Source: a candidate division WOR-3 bacterium
GTDB lineage: Bacteria; Hydrothermota; Tepidihabitantia; B3-TA06
Length of the DNA stretch: 64,000 nt
Reading direction: 5' to 3'
NCBI GenBank assembly: GCA_965649265.1
Contig: CBFGKC010000007.1
Span: forward strand, 32,001 to 96,000
Below are positions 18,578-27,511 of the stretch, in pieces. Made by a program: the position numbers and the translations under genes. Position 1 is the stretch's first letter. Every line of letters begins with the position of its first letter. A model generated the notes under the pieces. The model was not told the origin of the DNA. It searched no databases and saw nothing but the letters and a program-made list of their open reading frames with translations.

Positions 18578-19519
18578 TTAAACAAACAATGCGCTTACCG
18601 ATTCACCGTTGTGAATCCTGCGAATGGCTTCCGCAAGCAAACCGGCCACGGAAAGCAGTTTGAACTTTTCGCCCGTTAAACGTTCGTTGAGCGGCAGCGA
18701 ATCGGTAACGACTACTTCCTTTATTGAAGAGGTCGAAAGTTTTTCGATCGCCTCTCCGGCAAACACACCGTGGGTAGCGGCAACCCTTACTTCTTTTGCC
18801 CCGCGTTTGAGTAAAAGACCCGTCGACTCAAGAAGTGTAGTACCTGTGCTTACAATGTCGTCGAATAAAAGACACGTCTTTCCTTCAACATCACCGACGA
18901 GGTTCAGGGCCTCAGGTCGGTCCTTCTCCTCCCTTCGTTTGTCGACGATGGCCATGGGCAACCCGCCAAGCCTGCGGGCATAGCCCCGAGCCCTTCTTGC
19001 GCCTCCGGCATCAGGGGCAACGACGACGTATGAGGAGAGATCACGCTTCTTGAAGAACTCCGCAAAGACAGGCGTCGCGTAAAGATGATCCACCGGGATT
19101 GAAAAAAAACCCTGTATTTGCTCCGCGTGAAGCTCGAGTGCAAGAACCCTGTTCGCGCCGGCCTTCATTATGAGATCGGCCACAAGCTTGGCCGTTATAG
19201 GAACACGCGGCTCATCTTTCTTGTCCTGTCTGGCGTAACCGTAATAAGGTATGACTGCCGTAATCCTCGAGGCAGACGCTCTCATGGCTGCGTCAAGCAT
19301 TAAAAGAAGTTCCATGAGGTTATCGGAAGGAGGCTGAGTGGACTGAATGATAAATACATCCACCCCGCGTACGTTCTCTTCAATCTTGACGCGTATCTCT
19401 CCATCCTTGAAACGGTCTACCGTTGCATGCCCGAGATCGATTTCCATCTCGTCACATATCGCTCTGGCAAGGTGTGGAACCGAGTTTCCACAAAATACCT
19501 TCATTTCATCTCTTATCAC
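18578..19519 (-). CDS. prs: Ribose-phosphate pyrophosphokinase
   Basis: FKDGE, PYYGYARQD, APDAGG, DDIVSTG; start moved to the GTG after AAAGGAG because the longer ORF runs through the tRNA. Confidence 0.95.
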   Translation of the reverse strand: MIRDEMKVFCGNSVPHLARAICDEMEIDLGHATVDRFKDGEIRVKIEENVRGVDVFIIQSTQPPSDNLMELLLMLDAAMRASASRITAVIPYYGYARQDKKDEPRVPITAKLVADLIMKAGANRVLALELHAEQIQGFFSIPVDHLYATPVFAEFFKKRDLSSYVVVAPDAGGARRARGYARRLGGLPMAIVDKRREEKDRPEALNLVGDVEGKTCLLFDDIVSTGTTLLESTGLLLKRGAKEVRVAATHGVFAGEAIEKLSTSSIKEVVVTDSLPLNERLTGEKFKLLSVAGLLAEAIRRIHNGESVSALFV

Positions 19520-19536
19520 GATTCTCCTTTTAAGAG

Positions 19537-19607
19537 CTGGGGCGCAGGGATTCGAACCCCGATAATGGGAACCAAAATCCCATGTCCTGCCATTAGACGA
19601 CGCCCCA
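19537..19607 (-). tRNA. tRNA-Gln(TTG), CCA not encoded
   Basis: TGGGGCG..GTCTAATGGCAGGAC-ATGGGATTTTGGTTCCCAT..GGTTCGAATCC..CGCCCCA cloverleaf; ispE-tRNAGln-prs synteny. Confidence 0.95.
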
Positions 19608-20438
19608 TCTTTCAAGCGTACTCACTCTAACCAAACGTCCCTCATAAGCCTCAGGAAGTACTATGTTCCTTTCTGGTGGAACTGCCGCGAAAAGAGCCGA
19701 GCCGCTTCCTGAAAGCCCGGCAAACCAAGCATCCTCTTTAAGGAAACACTCAATTATTTTTGAAAGCTCCGGATGTTTTTTGTATACTACGTCCTCAAAT
19801 GAGTTATGTAGCCAGAGCCTGGCTTCCTTGTATTGTCGCTCAAGTAGTGCCTTAAGCAGAAGTTTACACGCTTCTTCGCCGTTTGTCAACCGCTCAAGAT
19901 TCTTGTAAGCCCACGGAGTCGAGATTCCAAAGCCCGGTAAATAAAGAAAAAGATCCAATGGAGAAACCTCTATGGGAAAAAGCTCATCACCGCGGCCAAG
20001 GGCCAAAGATGGTTTCGGTGAAAGAAAAAAGGGACAATCCATGCCTATTTCAAGAGCAAGTGAACGTAATTCGTCGACCGTAAGATGTGTAGAAAATAAT
20101 TTATTCAATCCCAGAAGTGTTGCAGCCGCATCAGATGACCCTCCTCCCAGACCGTGCCCCACAGGGATCTGTTTCTCAAGCTTTATGATCACTCCGGAAC
20201 GAACACCTGTATAGGTAAAATAAAGATCGGCTGCCTTCCAAACGAGATTGCCTGTATCACGCGGCACGTGCGGTTCGTCGCAAAGAAGCTCTATTCCACT
20301 GGATCTTATGCTGAAGCTAAGTTGATCGAAGAGGCTGACCGGAAAGAAAAGAGAGCGCAGATCGTGATACCCGTCCGCCCTTAAACGTTCTACCCAGAGA
20401 CCGATATTGATCTTAGCAGGTGTTTTTAATGTAAGCAC
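19593..20438 (-). CDS. ispE: 4-diphosphocytidyl-2-C-methyl-D-erythritol kinase
   Basis: PAKINIGL, DGYH, IPVGHGLGGGSSDAA, SGSGS. Confidence 0.95.
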   Translation of the reverse strand: MLTLKTPAKINIGLWVERLRADGYHDLRSLFFPVSLFDQLSFSIRSSGIELLCDEPHVPRDTGNLVWKAADLYFTYTGVRSGVIIKLEKQIPVGHGLGGGSSDAAATLLGLNKLFSTHLTVDELRSLALEIGMDCPFFLSPKPSLALGRGDELFPIEVSPLDLFLYLPGFGISTPWAYKNLERLTNGEEACKLLLKALLERQYKEARLWLHNSFEDVVYKKHPELSKIIECFLKEDAWFAGLSGSGSALFAAVPPERNIVLPEAYEGRLVRVSTLERWGVV

Positions 20439-21255
20439 TCAACGCCTCCTGCCACGAACGCAGAGGTTTACCTGAAAGCTTTTCATATCTCGAGCACGAA
20501 AGAACAGACTGCCTTGGTCGCACCGCTACGAAACCTATATCCTCCGACGTGGCTTTTTGAGGAACAATATCTTCCCCGAGCAAACGAATGATCTCCCGAC
20601 CCATCTCATACCTGGTACACGAGCCGCTGTTCGAAAGATGGAATACACTTTTTTCGCGTGAAAAGGCGATAAGATCAATAGCCGCTAGCAGATCGGGAAT
20701 ATAAGAAGGTGAACCCACGTGATCGGTGGCGAGTTTAAGAGTAATTTCACCTCTTACTCCCTTTTTCACGAAAGTGACGAAATCGCCAGGTGCGCCGAAA
20801 AGCCACGATACCCTTATAATTACGTGATTTGAGAGACGCGTTTCAACAACCTTTTCGCCTTCAAGTTTGGTCCTGCCGTAAGTGCTGATAGGAGAAGGTT
20901 CGTCCAACTCCGAGTACGGACTTTGCTTACGTCCATCGAATACATAATCGGTGCTGAAGTAGATAAACCTCGAATCCAACTCACCGGCTAGAGAGACTAA
21001 GTTACGAGTTGCCTCCACGTTATCTTGCCACGCCTTCTCTGGCTCCAGTTCGCATCTGTCAACATTAGTCATTGCGGCAGGATGACAGATAATCTCCGGT
21101 TTAAAATTGTCTACAATCCTTTTTAATTTGACCTTATCAAGGAGGTCTACTTCCTCACGTGATATACCCAGGGTATTGCAGCCCTTTGAGGATAAGAATC
21201 CAAAAAGGGCGCCGCCCAACCTGCCCCCCGCTCCGGTCACCAAAACTCTAATCAT
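20413..21255 (-). CDS. rfbD: dTDP-4-dehydrorhamnose reductase
   Basis: GAGGRLG, TNVDRCE, STDYVFDG, YGRTKL.GE. Confidence 0.92.
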   Translation of the reverse strand: MIRVLVTGAGGRLGGALFGFLSSKGCNTLGISREEVDLLDKVKLKRIVDNFKPEIICHPAAMTNVDRCELEPEKAWQDNVEATRNLVSLAGELDSRFIYFSTDYVFDGRKQSPYSELDEPSPISTYGRTKLEGEKVVETRLSNHVIIRVSWLFGAPGDFVTFVKKGVRGEITLKLATDHVGSPSYIPDLLAAIDLIAFSREKSVFHLSNSGSCTRYEMGREIIRLLGEDIVPQKATSEDIGFVAVRPRQSVLSCSRYEKLSGKPLRSWQEALSAYIKNTC

Positions 21256-21342
21256 AACTGAAGTCTAACATTAAAACATCTTGTGTCAAGAATCCCTACT
21301 AGAGGACTTGACAAAACAATCCATACCGTTATAATAAGAATT

Positions 21343-21744
21343 GTGAACAGGTTGAATACTACTGTACGTTATGCTGTGAGGGCTACTCTGGCGCTCGCTG
21401 ATAATGACGAGAAACCTTTATCAATAAAAGCTATATCCGAGATGGAAGGGCTTTCCGTAAAATATCTTGAACAGCTTTTCCTGAAGCTGCGCAAGGCCGG
21501 GCTCGTACGCAGCCTGAGGGGCATGCATGGCGGATACTTCCTGGCCAGACCCGCAGAAAAAATCAGCCTCGGTGACATAATAAAAGCCGTTCAGAACGAA
21601 GGAGTTTTCGTTTCACCATGCACACGTCGTAAGGGCCACTGCGAGCGTCAGAAAGAATGCAGGGCCAGAAATTACTGGTGCAAACTCCAGGACATCCTGG
21701 ACGATTTTTTCAACAACACCTCGCTTTCATCATTGCAGGGATGA
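21343..21744 (+). CDS. Rrf2 family transcriptional regulator
   Basis: RYAVRA, YLEQLF..L..AGLV.S.RG..GGY.LA, three C-terminal Cys; GTG 7 nt after TTGACA-N16-TATAAT. Confidence 0.9.
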   Translation: MNRLNTTVRYAVRATLALADNDEKPLSIKAISEMEGLSVKYLEQLFLKLRKAGLVRSLRGMHGGYFLARPAEKISLGDIIKAVQNEGVFVSPCTRRKGHCERQKECRARNYWCKLQDILDDFFNNTSLSSLQG

Positions 21745-22061
21745 GCTTTCTGGAAGTGCAGACCAGCTTTAAACTTGCAGAGGATGCAAAAAGAATTTCA
21801 CGCAAAATCGTTGAAGAACACCTCGCCGCATGCGCTAACGTTGTGCGTGGAGATTCTATCTACCACTGGAAAGGTGAGTTAGAAGAAGAGGAAGAGGTAT
21901 TCGTCTACTTCAAGACCGACGAAAAACATTACAAGGCTTTGGAGGCAAGGCTAAAGGAACTTCACCCATATGAGGTTCCAATGATCGTCGCCTTGCCGAT
22001 CAAGGATGGCCTAAGTCACTATTTAAGTTGGATTAGAGAGAACCTTTCGAAGGAGAAATAA
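21741..22061 (+). CDS. cutA: Divalent-cation tolerance protein CutA
   Basis: LAACAN, SIYHWKG, HPYEVP, YLSW. Confidence 0.92.
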   Translation: MSFLEVQTSFKLAEDAKRISRKIVEEHLAACANVVRGDSIYHWKGELEEEEEVFVYFKTDEKHYKALEARLKELHPYEVPMIVALPIKDGLSHYLSWIRENLSKEK

Positions 22062-22366
22062 TGGTCACAAAGCTGCAGGTAAGGGAAGCGTTAAAAAAAG
22101 TTATCGATCCTGAAATCGGGCTCAACATCGTAGACCTCGGGCTCATTTACGACGTTCAGGTCGAAGATGACGTAGCTCACGTCCGTATGACACTTACAGT
22201 GCCGGGCTGCCCACTGAGCGGTATGCTCACGAGTCAGGCCGAAAAGGTCGTGAGCGAAATTGAAGGCATAAAGGGCGTAAAAATTGAACTTACGTGGGAT
22301 CCGCCATGGAATCCCCAGATGATGTCCGACGACGCCAAGCGCAAGCTCGGCTGGGGCGGGCAGTAA
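22061..22366 (+). CDS. Metal-sulfur cluster assembly factor (DUF59/SufT)
   Basis: VIDPEIGLNIVDLGLIY, TLTVPGCP, WDPPW. Confidence 0.92.
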   Translation: MVTKLQVREALKKVIDPEIGLNIVDLGLIYDVQVEDDVAHVRMTLTVPGCPLSGMLTSQAEKVVSEIEGIKGVKIELTWDPPWNPQMMSDDAKRKLGWGGQ

Positions 22367-22418
22367 TCGCATAAGTTTTAGCTAAACAATTAGTTAAGAG
22401 TAAAACGACTCCGGTTTT

Positions 22419-22456
22419 GGGGTCCCCGTAAGAGCGCGCAGCGATCTTGTGGGGTG
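22419..22456 (+). repeat. GGGGTCCCC..TGGGGT hairpin repeat, copy 1
   Basis: CCCCG-TAAGA-G-CGC-GCA-GCG-A-TCTTG-TGGGG; related copies at 24620, 58619, 61476, 63791. Confidence 0.75.
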
Positions 22457-22593
22457 TAAAATTAAGTAGGACAAAAGATGGTCAAAAGATGGACAAAACG
22501 GCAAATTTGCCCTCCAAAATGACTGAAATTCAGGGCAGATTTCAAAGCGCCGCCATGAGCGGCGGTAGGTTTTCTGGGGGGTAAAACCGAAAT

Positions 22594-22633
22594 TGTCTTT
22601 GCGAGAGTCGCTGCTAGCGACCGAAGCAATCGC
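22594..22633 (+). repeat. Left half of a TGTCwTTGCGAG..GACCGAAGCAATCGC REP-like element
   Basis: Inverted partner at 24159-24235. Confidence 0.8.
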
Positions 22634-22642
22634 CTAAATCCT

Positions 22643-24100
22643 TTATGGAAGCTTTTCCTTGATGGCTGAGATTATTCTGTTTCCATCTTCTTCATTCAGA
22701 CTTGTTTTACACCATTCTTCCGCAAGTATTTCCCAAACGGCTTGTTTACTCTTCACAATTTTATTTCCTAAAGATTCTGTCCATTTGTGATGATTTGGTT
22801 GGAGTATACATTCATCGAGATCTTGGAATAAAGTTCCAGCCCCTATACCAAAACGTTCATTAAGAGATGACCAATTCTGCTGTTTTAAGCTCTCAAAAAC
22901 AACCCTCTCTGGAGCTTTATTGCCAGGCAAAGAAACTAACCCTTCATGAGGTGTATCACCATCAGTGATTGCCATTGAATTGTAAGGCAATCTGTTTTTT
23001 GAAGCTAACTCACCCATGGTGTTAACTACATTCGCCCCACCAATAGGCACGATGTCTATCCTTGGGAGCAAGGTTTGTCCTTGTTCGTTGTTTGCGAGAA
23101 TCGCTCTCAGAAGAATTTTTGATTCTAAATCTTCCACAAAAACATGTAACTCTGGATAGGTTGCTGAGTCTAATCTGCTTAACGCGAATTCAGAACTTGC
23201 CCCGTATACTATATTCATCTTGTCTTTACCTGGTTCTCTTCCTGGCAAAAGTAGAACTTTAGCTTCCTCAGGCAATTCTTCGAAAACATAAGAGCTATGT
23301 GTGGAAATAATGAATTGAACTTTATTTATTCTGCTGAACCAAAGCAGAAATTGAACAAGTCGCCTTTGTGCCTTAGGGTGTAAGGAAGCTTCAAGTTCGT
23401 CAATAATAACAAGAGAAGTAGGTGGAATAAGTTGAAGGCTTCGTATTAGATCTAAAGTCGAATCTTCGCCTGCACCTTGATGGAACTGCGAGATTTCGCC
23501 GAACCCCCTCGTGAGTAAACCTACTTCCTTTTTTTTGTCTAAATCTGTGGTCGCGAATCGTGCATTCAAATACTCCCGTCCTAATATACTTGAAAGTCGC
23601 TTTCTGAACTCAGGTAATATTTCTGTCGTTGAGGTTTCCTTAGACGCATAGTAAGCTATTTTCGGATAACCTACAGTTGCATCAAGCGGTAACGTACGGG
23701 CAACATCGAAAAAAAATACCGCGCGTTTGACTCGGCTTTCCGGAAATGCCCAACGCTCAGTATGTTTTTTTATTTCAAAGCTCCTTACATCCTGACCTTG
23801 ACGGACCCGATATTCCAAAGACAATTTTGAAATGTCATCCCATTGTGTTTTGATGAAAAATTTCGCTGGATAAAATGTTTTCCGTGATTTTTCATCTTGT
23901 TCATAAGCACATGCGGCTACTTTTAGTAATGTACTTTTGCCAGTTCCATTTTCACCAACAATTGCCGTAACGGGAAAGCGGAAATTAACAGTTTCACCTA
24001 ACCATCCTCTTAACCCATTTATTGATATTGATTCAAGAAACTTCGGCCACTGGCCTGCTAAGTGTTGTTTGTGTATCTTGTCTATTTCTTCGTAATCCAT
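22643..24100 (-). CDS. OLD-like ATP-dependent nuclease (ABC-type ATPase + TOPRIM-like domain), putative defence gene
   Basis: Walker A GENGTGKS, signature GAGE, Walker B IIDELEASLHP, STHS H-loop, VFVED and ITDGD acidic motifs; AT-rich; AGGAGGT SD at the ATG 24100. Confidence 0.8.
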   Translation of the reverse strand: MDYEEIDKIHKQHLAGQWPKFLESISINGLRGWLGETVNFRFPVTAIVGENGTGKSTLLKVAACAYEQDEKSRKTFYPAKFFIKTQWDDISKLSLEYRVRQGQDVRSFEIKKHTERWAFPESRVKRAVFFFDVARTLPLDATVGYPKIAYYASKETSTTEILPEFRKRLSSILGREYLNARFATTDLDKKKEVGLLTRGFGEISQFHQGAGEDSTLDLIRSLQLIPPTSLVIIDELEASLHPKAQRRLVQFLLWFSRINKVQFIISTHSSYVFEELPEEAKVLLLPGREPGKDKMNIVYGASSEFALSRLDSATYPELHVFVEDLESKILLRAILANNEQGQTLLPRIDIVPIGGANVVNTMGELASKNRLPYNSMAITDGDTPHEGLVSLPGNKAPERVVFESLKQQNWSSLNERFGIGAGTLFQDLDECILQPNHHKWTESLGNKIVKSKQAVWEILAEEWCKTSLNEEDGNRIISAIKEKLP

Positions 24101-24122
24101 CAGATACCTCCTATAAGAATGA

Positions 24123-24150
24123 ATCATAAGCCTTTTATTAGGAATGTCAA
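24123..24150 (-). promoter_or_regulatory. Promoter of the OLD-like gene
   Basis: TTGACA-N16-TATGAT on the minus strand. Confidence 0.7.
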
Positions 24151-24158
24151 TGGTATTT

Positions 24159-24235
24159 GCGATTGCTTCGGTCACTCGGCGCTCTTGCGGAAGGTACTTC
24201 CGCCCATGCGCCCCTGGCGCTCCCTCGCAATGACA
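24159..24235 (-). repeat. Right half of the REP-like element, with a nested insert
   Basis: Reverse complement TGTCATTGCGAGG-GAGCGCC..GAGCGCC-GAGTGACCGAAGCAATCGC. Confidence 0.8.
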
Positions 24236-24242
24236 GTAAAGG

Positions 24243-24685
24243 TCCCCCTCCCTAGTGGAGGGGGAAGGGGGCGGGGAGCAAGTTAGCGACCAAGGGGTCG
24301 CATTGGTCGAACTCACGTTCGACAGATAGCTGCAGAATCTGAGGGAGCGCCCCCCGGGGGGCCAACAAGCTCTCAGCAATTTTGTTAGAGATCTCTTTTG
24401 CCCCGCCTCCCTTATGAAGGGAGGTGACCGGAGGTCGGAGGGATCTTCGATTTCTGATCCCCCTCCCCCATCGAGGGGGAGGAATCCCTCACCTCTAACT
24501 CCTCTCCCGAAGGGCGAGGAGAACTATATACCCTCCTCCGCTCCGGGATGAGGATGTGTTACGGGACCTCTCCCATCGGGAGAGGGTGACGATCTAGAAG
24601 ATCGTCGGGTGAGGGCAGCGGGGTCCCCAAGCGGGCGCTTTGCGATCGCCTGGAGTGGTCTCTGAGGGTGGCTGAGGAGGGCTTT
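24243..24685. repeat. Cluster of GC-rich palindromes (CCCTCTCCC..GGGAGAGGG type and others)
   Basis: CCCCTCC..GGAGGGG, CCTCCCTT..AAGGGAGG, CCTCCCCC..GGGGGAGG, CCTCTCCC-ATC-GGGAGAGG, plus a GGGGTCCCC copy at 24620. Confidence 0.75.
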
Positions 24686-24730
24686 ATCTTGACTTTTAGC
24701 GAGAGATGAATATAGTTAAGAATGTCAATC

Positions 24731-24806
24731 GGGCGATTAGCTCAGCTTTGGTTAGAGTACTTGCTTGACATGCAAGGGGTCAAAGGTTCGAATCCTTTAT
24801 CGCCCA
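24731..24806 (+). tRNA. tRNA-Val(GAC), CCA not encoded
   Basis: GGGCGATTAGCTCAG..CTTGC-TTGACAT-GCAAG..GGTTCGAATCC..ATCGCCCA; TTGACT/TATAGT promoter upstream. Confidence 0.95.
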
Positions 24807-24830
24807 TTATGAGAAAACGGGGAAGGCTAA

Positions 24831-25532
24831 GTGCCTGAAGAAAAGCGACTCCTGAAGCAGCTACAATCTTCGGATACAAAATTACACGAATTACAAACCC
24901 AGCACGACGCAATTCCAAAAAAAATCAAAGCCCTTGAAGCGGAGATCGAAGCGCTCCGTCACGGAATTGAGGAGTTGAAGGCCTCGCGCATAACCGCGCA
25001 AAAGGAGCTCAAAACGGCTGAGCTAAACCTGGGCACGCAGGAGGAGGCGGTGGGCAAGTACAACTCCCAGCTCTTCAGCGCAAGGACGAACGAGGAGTAC
25101 AAGGCCTTTCTCAAGGAAATCGAGACCGCGGAGAAGAACAAGAAGGCGTTTGAGGACAAGATAATCGAGTGGATGGAGACCATCGAGCGCATTGACAAGG
25201 AGATTGTCGCGAAAGAGGCCGAACTCAAGAGCGAGGAGGCCGTCAAGCGTATCGAGATTGAGTCGGAAAAGGCGAAAGGGGCAGGGCTCGAGCAGGAGAT
25301 AAAAGAGGAGAAGGAAAAGAGGGGGAATTTCCGCAAAGCGGTTCCTGCGAACATCCTGGCCATATACGACCGGATTCAAAAGAACAAGGGCGTGCTTGCC
25401 GCCGCGCTCATACTCGAGGGCAACCGGTGCTCAGGCTGCTTCAACCTTGTGCCCGCCCAGAAGGCAATAGAGGCCGAGCACTCGAGCGAACTCTCCTTCT
25501 GCGAATACTGCGGCAGAATCCTTATTAAATAA
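24831..25532 (+). CDS. Coiled-coil, C4 zinc-ribbon protein (DUF164/CT398-like)
   Basis: Long coiled coil, CSGC..CEYCGRIL. Confidence 0.9.
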   Translation: MPEEKRLLKQLQSSDTKLHELQTQHDAIPKKIKALEAEIEALRHGIEELKASRITAQKELKTAELNLGTQEEAVGKYNSQLFSARTNEEYKAFLKEIETAEKNKKAFEDKIIEWMETIERIDKEIVAKEAELKSEEAVKRIEIESEKAKGAGLEQEIKEEKEKRGNFRKAVPANILAIYDRIQKNKGVLAAALILEGNRCSGCFNLVPAQKAIEAEHSSELSFCEYCGRILIK

Positions 25533-25567
25533 CCACCGATGATCTGCGGGAACGCGGAGAACAAAAA

Positions 25568-25996
25568 GTGACGGTTCAAAAGAAAATTTTTCCTGACGAC
25601 GCTGACACTGCCCAGGCCTGGATAGACGGCGCCTCCAGCGGTAACCCCGGCCCTGCGGGCGCGGGCGGGATCATCAAGAGGGAAGGAAAGGTCGTGGGAA
25701 GCTTCAGCGTGTTTCTTGGCGAGCAAACCAACAACTTTGCCGAATACTCTGCGCTCATACTCGTTCTCGAAAAGGCGGAAGAGCTCGGAATCCGTTCTCT
25801 GGAGGTGCGCACGGACTCGGAGCTTCTCTTCAGGCAGATGACCGGCCGCTACAAGGTTCGCAACCCGGGGATACTCGAATTGTACGAGAAGGCGATTTCG
25901 ATAAAGAGGAAATTCAAAATGGTGCGCATACTGCACGTTCCGCGCGAGGAGAACAAGGAAGCCGACAAGCTCGCGCGCGCCGCTCGCGGAGGATGA
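25568..25996 (+). CDS. rnhA: Ribonuclease HI family
   Basis: DGASSGNPG, TNNFAEY, TDSEL, REENKEAD. Confidence 0.9.
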   Translation: MTVQKKIFPDDADTAQAWIDGASSGNPGPAGAGGIIKREGKVVGSFSVFLGEQTNNFAEYSALILVLEKAEELGIRSLEVRTDSELLFRQMTGRYKVRNPGILELYEKAISIKRKFKMVRILHVPREENKEADKLARAARGG

Positions 25997-25999
25997 GAG

Positions 26000-26860
26000 T
26001 TGAGCGCGTTCGCGCGCCTTATCCCCTACCTCTCGCTGGTTGAACGGGCGCTGCCCGGCAGAGTGGTTGACCATGCGGCAAAGGATCTGGGAAGGATGCT
26101 GTCAAAAATTCAAAGGAGCAGGCGGCTGGCAGCCCGCAAGAACGCGCGGATGCTGGGACTGCACGATGTTGAAGGGATCGCGGAGCGCACGATATTCAAC
26201 TGGACGCTTTCGCTCTCCGATCAATTGAAGTCTTTGTGGATGGCCAGGGAGCGGCTCCTGGGGATGGTGCAGGACCACGCGAGCGCGAACCTGAACAATG
26301 CCCTTGTCGAGGGCCGCGGAGTCGTGCTCGTGACCGCCCATCTCGGGAATTACGAGCTGGCAGGCTCCTGGCTTGCGGCACTCGGCTTCCCGGTACATGC
26401 GGTGGTCGAGGAGATCGGGGGCGGCCACAGCAATGAAATGGAAAGGATCCGCAGGAGGTTCGGCATGGGGATAATATTGGAAAGTGACGTGGACGGGATG
26501 CTCAATGTTCTCCGCAAAGGCGGGATTCTGGTTCTGCTCGCCGACAGAGCCCTGGGCAGGGGCGGCATGACGATGCGTTTCGGCGAAGGATGGAGGAGGA
26601 TACCTGCGGGTCCTGCGCTGCTTTCCTTAAGAACCGGCGCGGTGGTTCAGACAGGCTACTTCGTAATGACTGGGAAAACCGGATATTACAGGTGTGTCAT
26701 AAATCCCCACTTCGAAATCCCGACCAGGGGAAGTCTCAGGGAAAAAATGCTTGCCTTGACCGAAGGAGTCGTGGAAGAGTTGGTGAGGGCGGTTACCCTT
26801 TATCCCGACCAGTGGTTCGCGTTCCAGGATGAGTGGGAAAAACTTGACGAAACGCGGTAG
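26000..26860 (+). CDS. Lipid A-type lysophospholipid acyltransferase family
   Basis: HLGNYE, LADR, FG, YPDQW motifs. Confidence 0.85.
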   Translation: MSAFARLIPYLSLVERALPGRVVDHAAKDLGRMLSKIQRSRRLAARKNARMLGLHDVEGIAERTIFNWTLSLSDQLKSLWMARERLLGMVQDHASANLNNALVEGRGVVLVTAHLGNYELAGSWLAALGFPVHAVVEEIGGGHSNEMERIRRRFGMGIILESDVDGMLNVLRKGGILVLLADRALGRGGMTMRFGEGWRRIPAGPALLSLRTGAVVQTGYFVMTGKTGYYRCVINPHFEIPTRGSLREKMLALTEGVVEELVRAVTLYPDQWFAFQDEWEKLDETR

Positions 26861-26878
26861 TTGAGTATGCTAACGCCG

Positions 26879-27511
26879 ATGAAGAAAGCGCGTCTCGCAA
26901 TACTGGCCTCGGGCAGAGGCTCCAATGCGGCATCCATCATCGAGAAAACTAAGGATGAGGACTTCAGTGCCGAGGTCGTGCTGCTCGTGTCGGATAAAAG
27001 GGATGCACCGGTATTGGAAAAAGCGAGGGCGCTGGGAGTGAATGCAATCTATCTCGACCCGGGCCCCAAAAAAACCTTTTTGCTTCCTGAATTCGAGCAG
27101 CGCTGGGTTGACGTATTAAAGGAACATGATGTGGATTACGTGCTTCTGGCCGGTTTCATGCGGGTGTTGAAAAAGACATTTCTGGATGCATTCAAGGGGC
27201 GCGTCGTCAACATTCACCCCTCTCTTCTGCCCGCGTTTCCTGGGCTTGCTGCGCAGCGGCAGGCACTCGATTACGGGGTGAAGTACTCGGGCGCGACCGT
27301 GCATTTCGTGGACGACACGCTGGACGCGGGTCCCATAATTCTTCAGGAACCGGTCATGGTTCTGGACACGGATACGCCGGAAACGCTCGAGGCGCGAATA
27401 TTGGAAACGGAGCACCGCATTTATCCCGAAGCGGTAAAACTCCTTGTAGAGCAGCGATTAAAAATTGAAGGACGCAGAGTTCAAGTCCTGAAGGAGGAGC
27501 ATGGCGGATAA
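26879..27511 (+). CDS. purN: Phosphoribosylglycinamide formyltransferase
   Basis: SGRGSN, LAGFMR, NIHPSLLP, DAGPII; ATG 7 nt after TTGACG-N16-TATGCT. Confidence 0.95.
   Translation: MKKARLAILASGRGSNAASIIEKTKDEDFSAEVVLLVSDKRDAPVLEKARALGVNAIYLDPGPKKTFLLPEFEQRWVDVLKEHDVDYVLLAGFMRVLKKTFLDAFKGRVVNIHPSLLPAFPGLAAQRQALDYGVKYSGATVHFVDDTLDAGPIILQEPVMVLDTDTPETLEARILETEHRIYPEAVKLLVEQRLKIEGRRVQVLKEEHGG

Noticed and set aside
19520-19615. Extended prs N-terminus in the ORF track
   Set aside because: It is the tRNA-Gln sequence read as codons; the SD supports GTG 19519.
22365-22590. Possible att-site scar, with GG(A/T)CAAAAGAT repeated about three times near 22478
   Set aside because: No integrase or tRNA-end duplication is visible; too little to support a call.
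24101-24379. N-terminal extension of the OLD-like ORF
   Set aside because: It runs through the promoter and palindromic repeats; the AGGAGGT SD marks ATG 24100.
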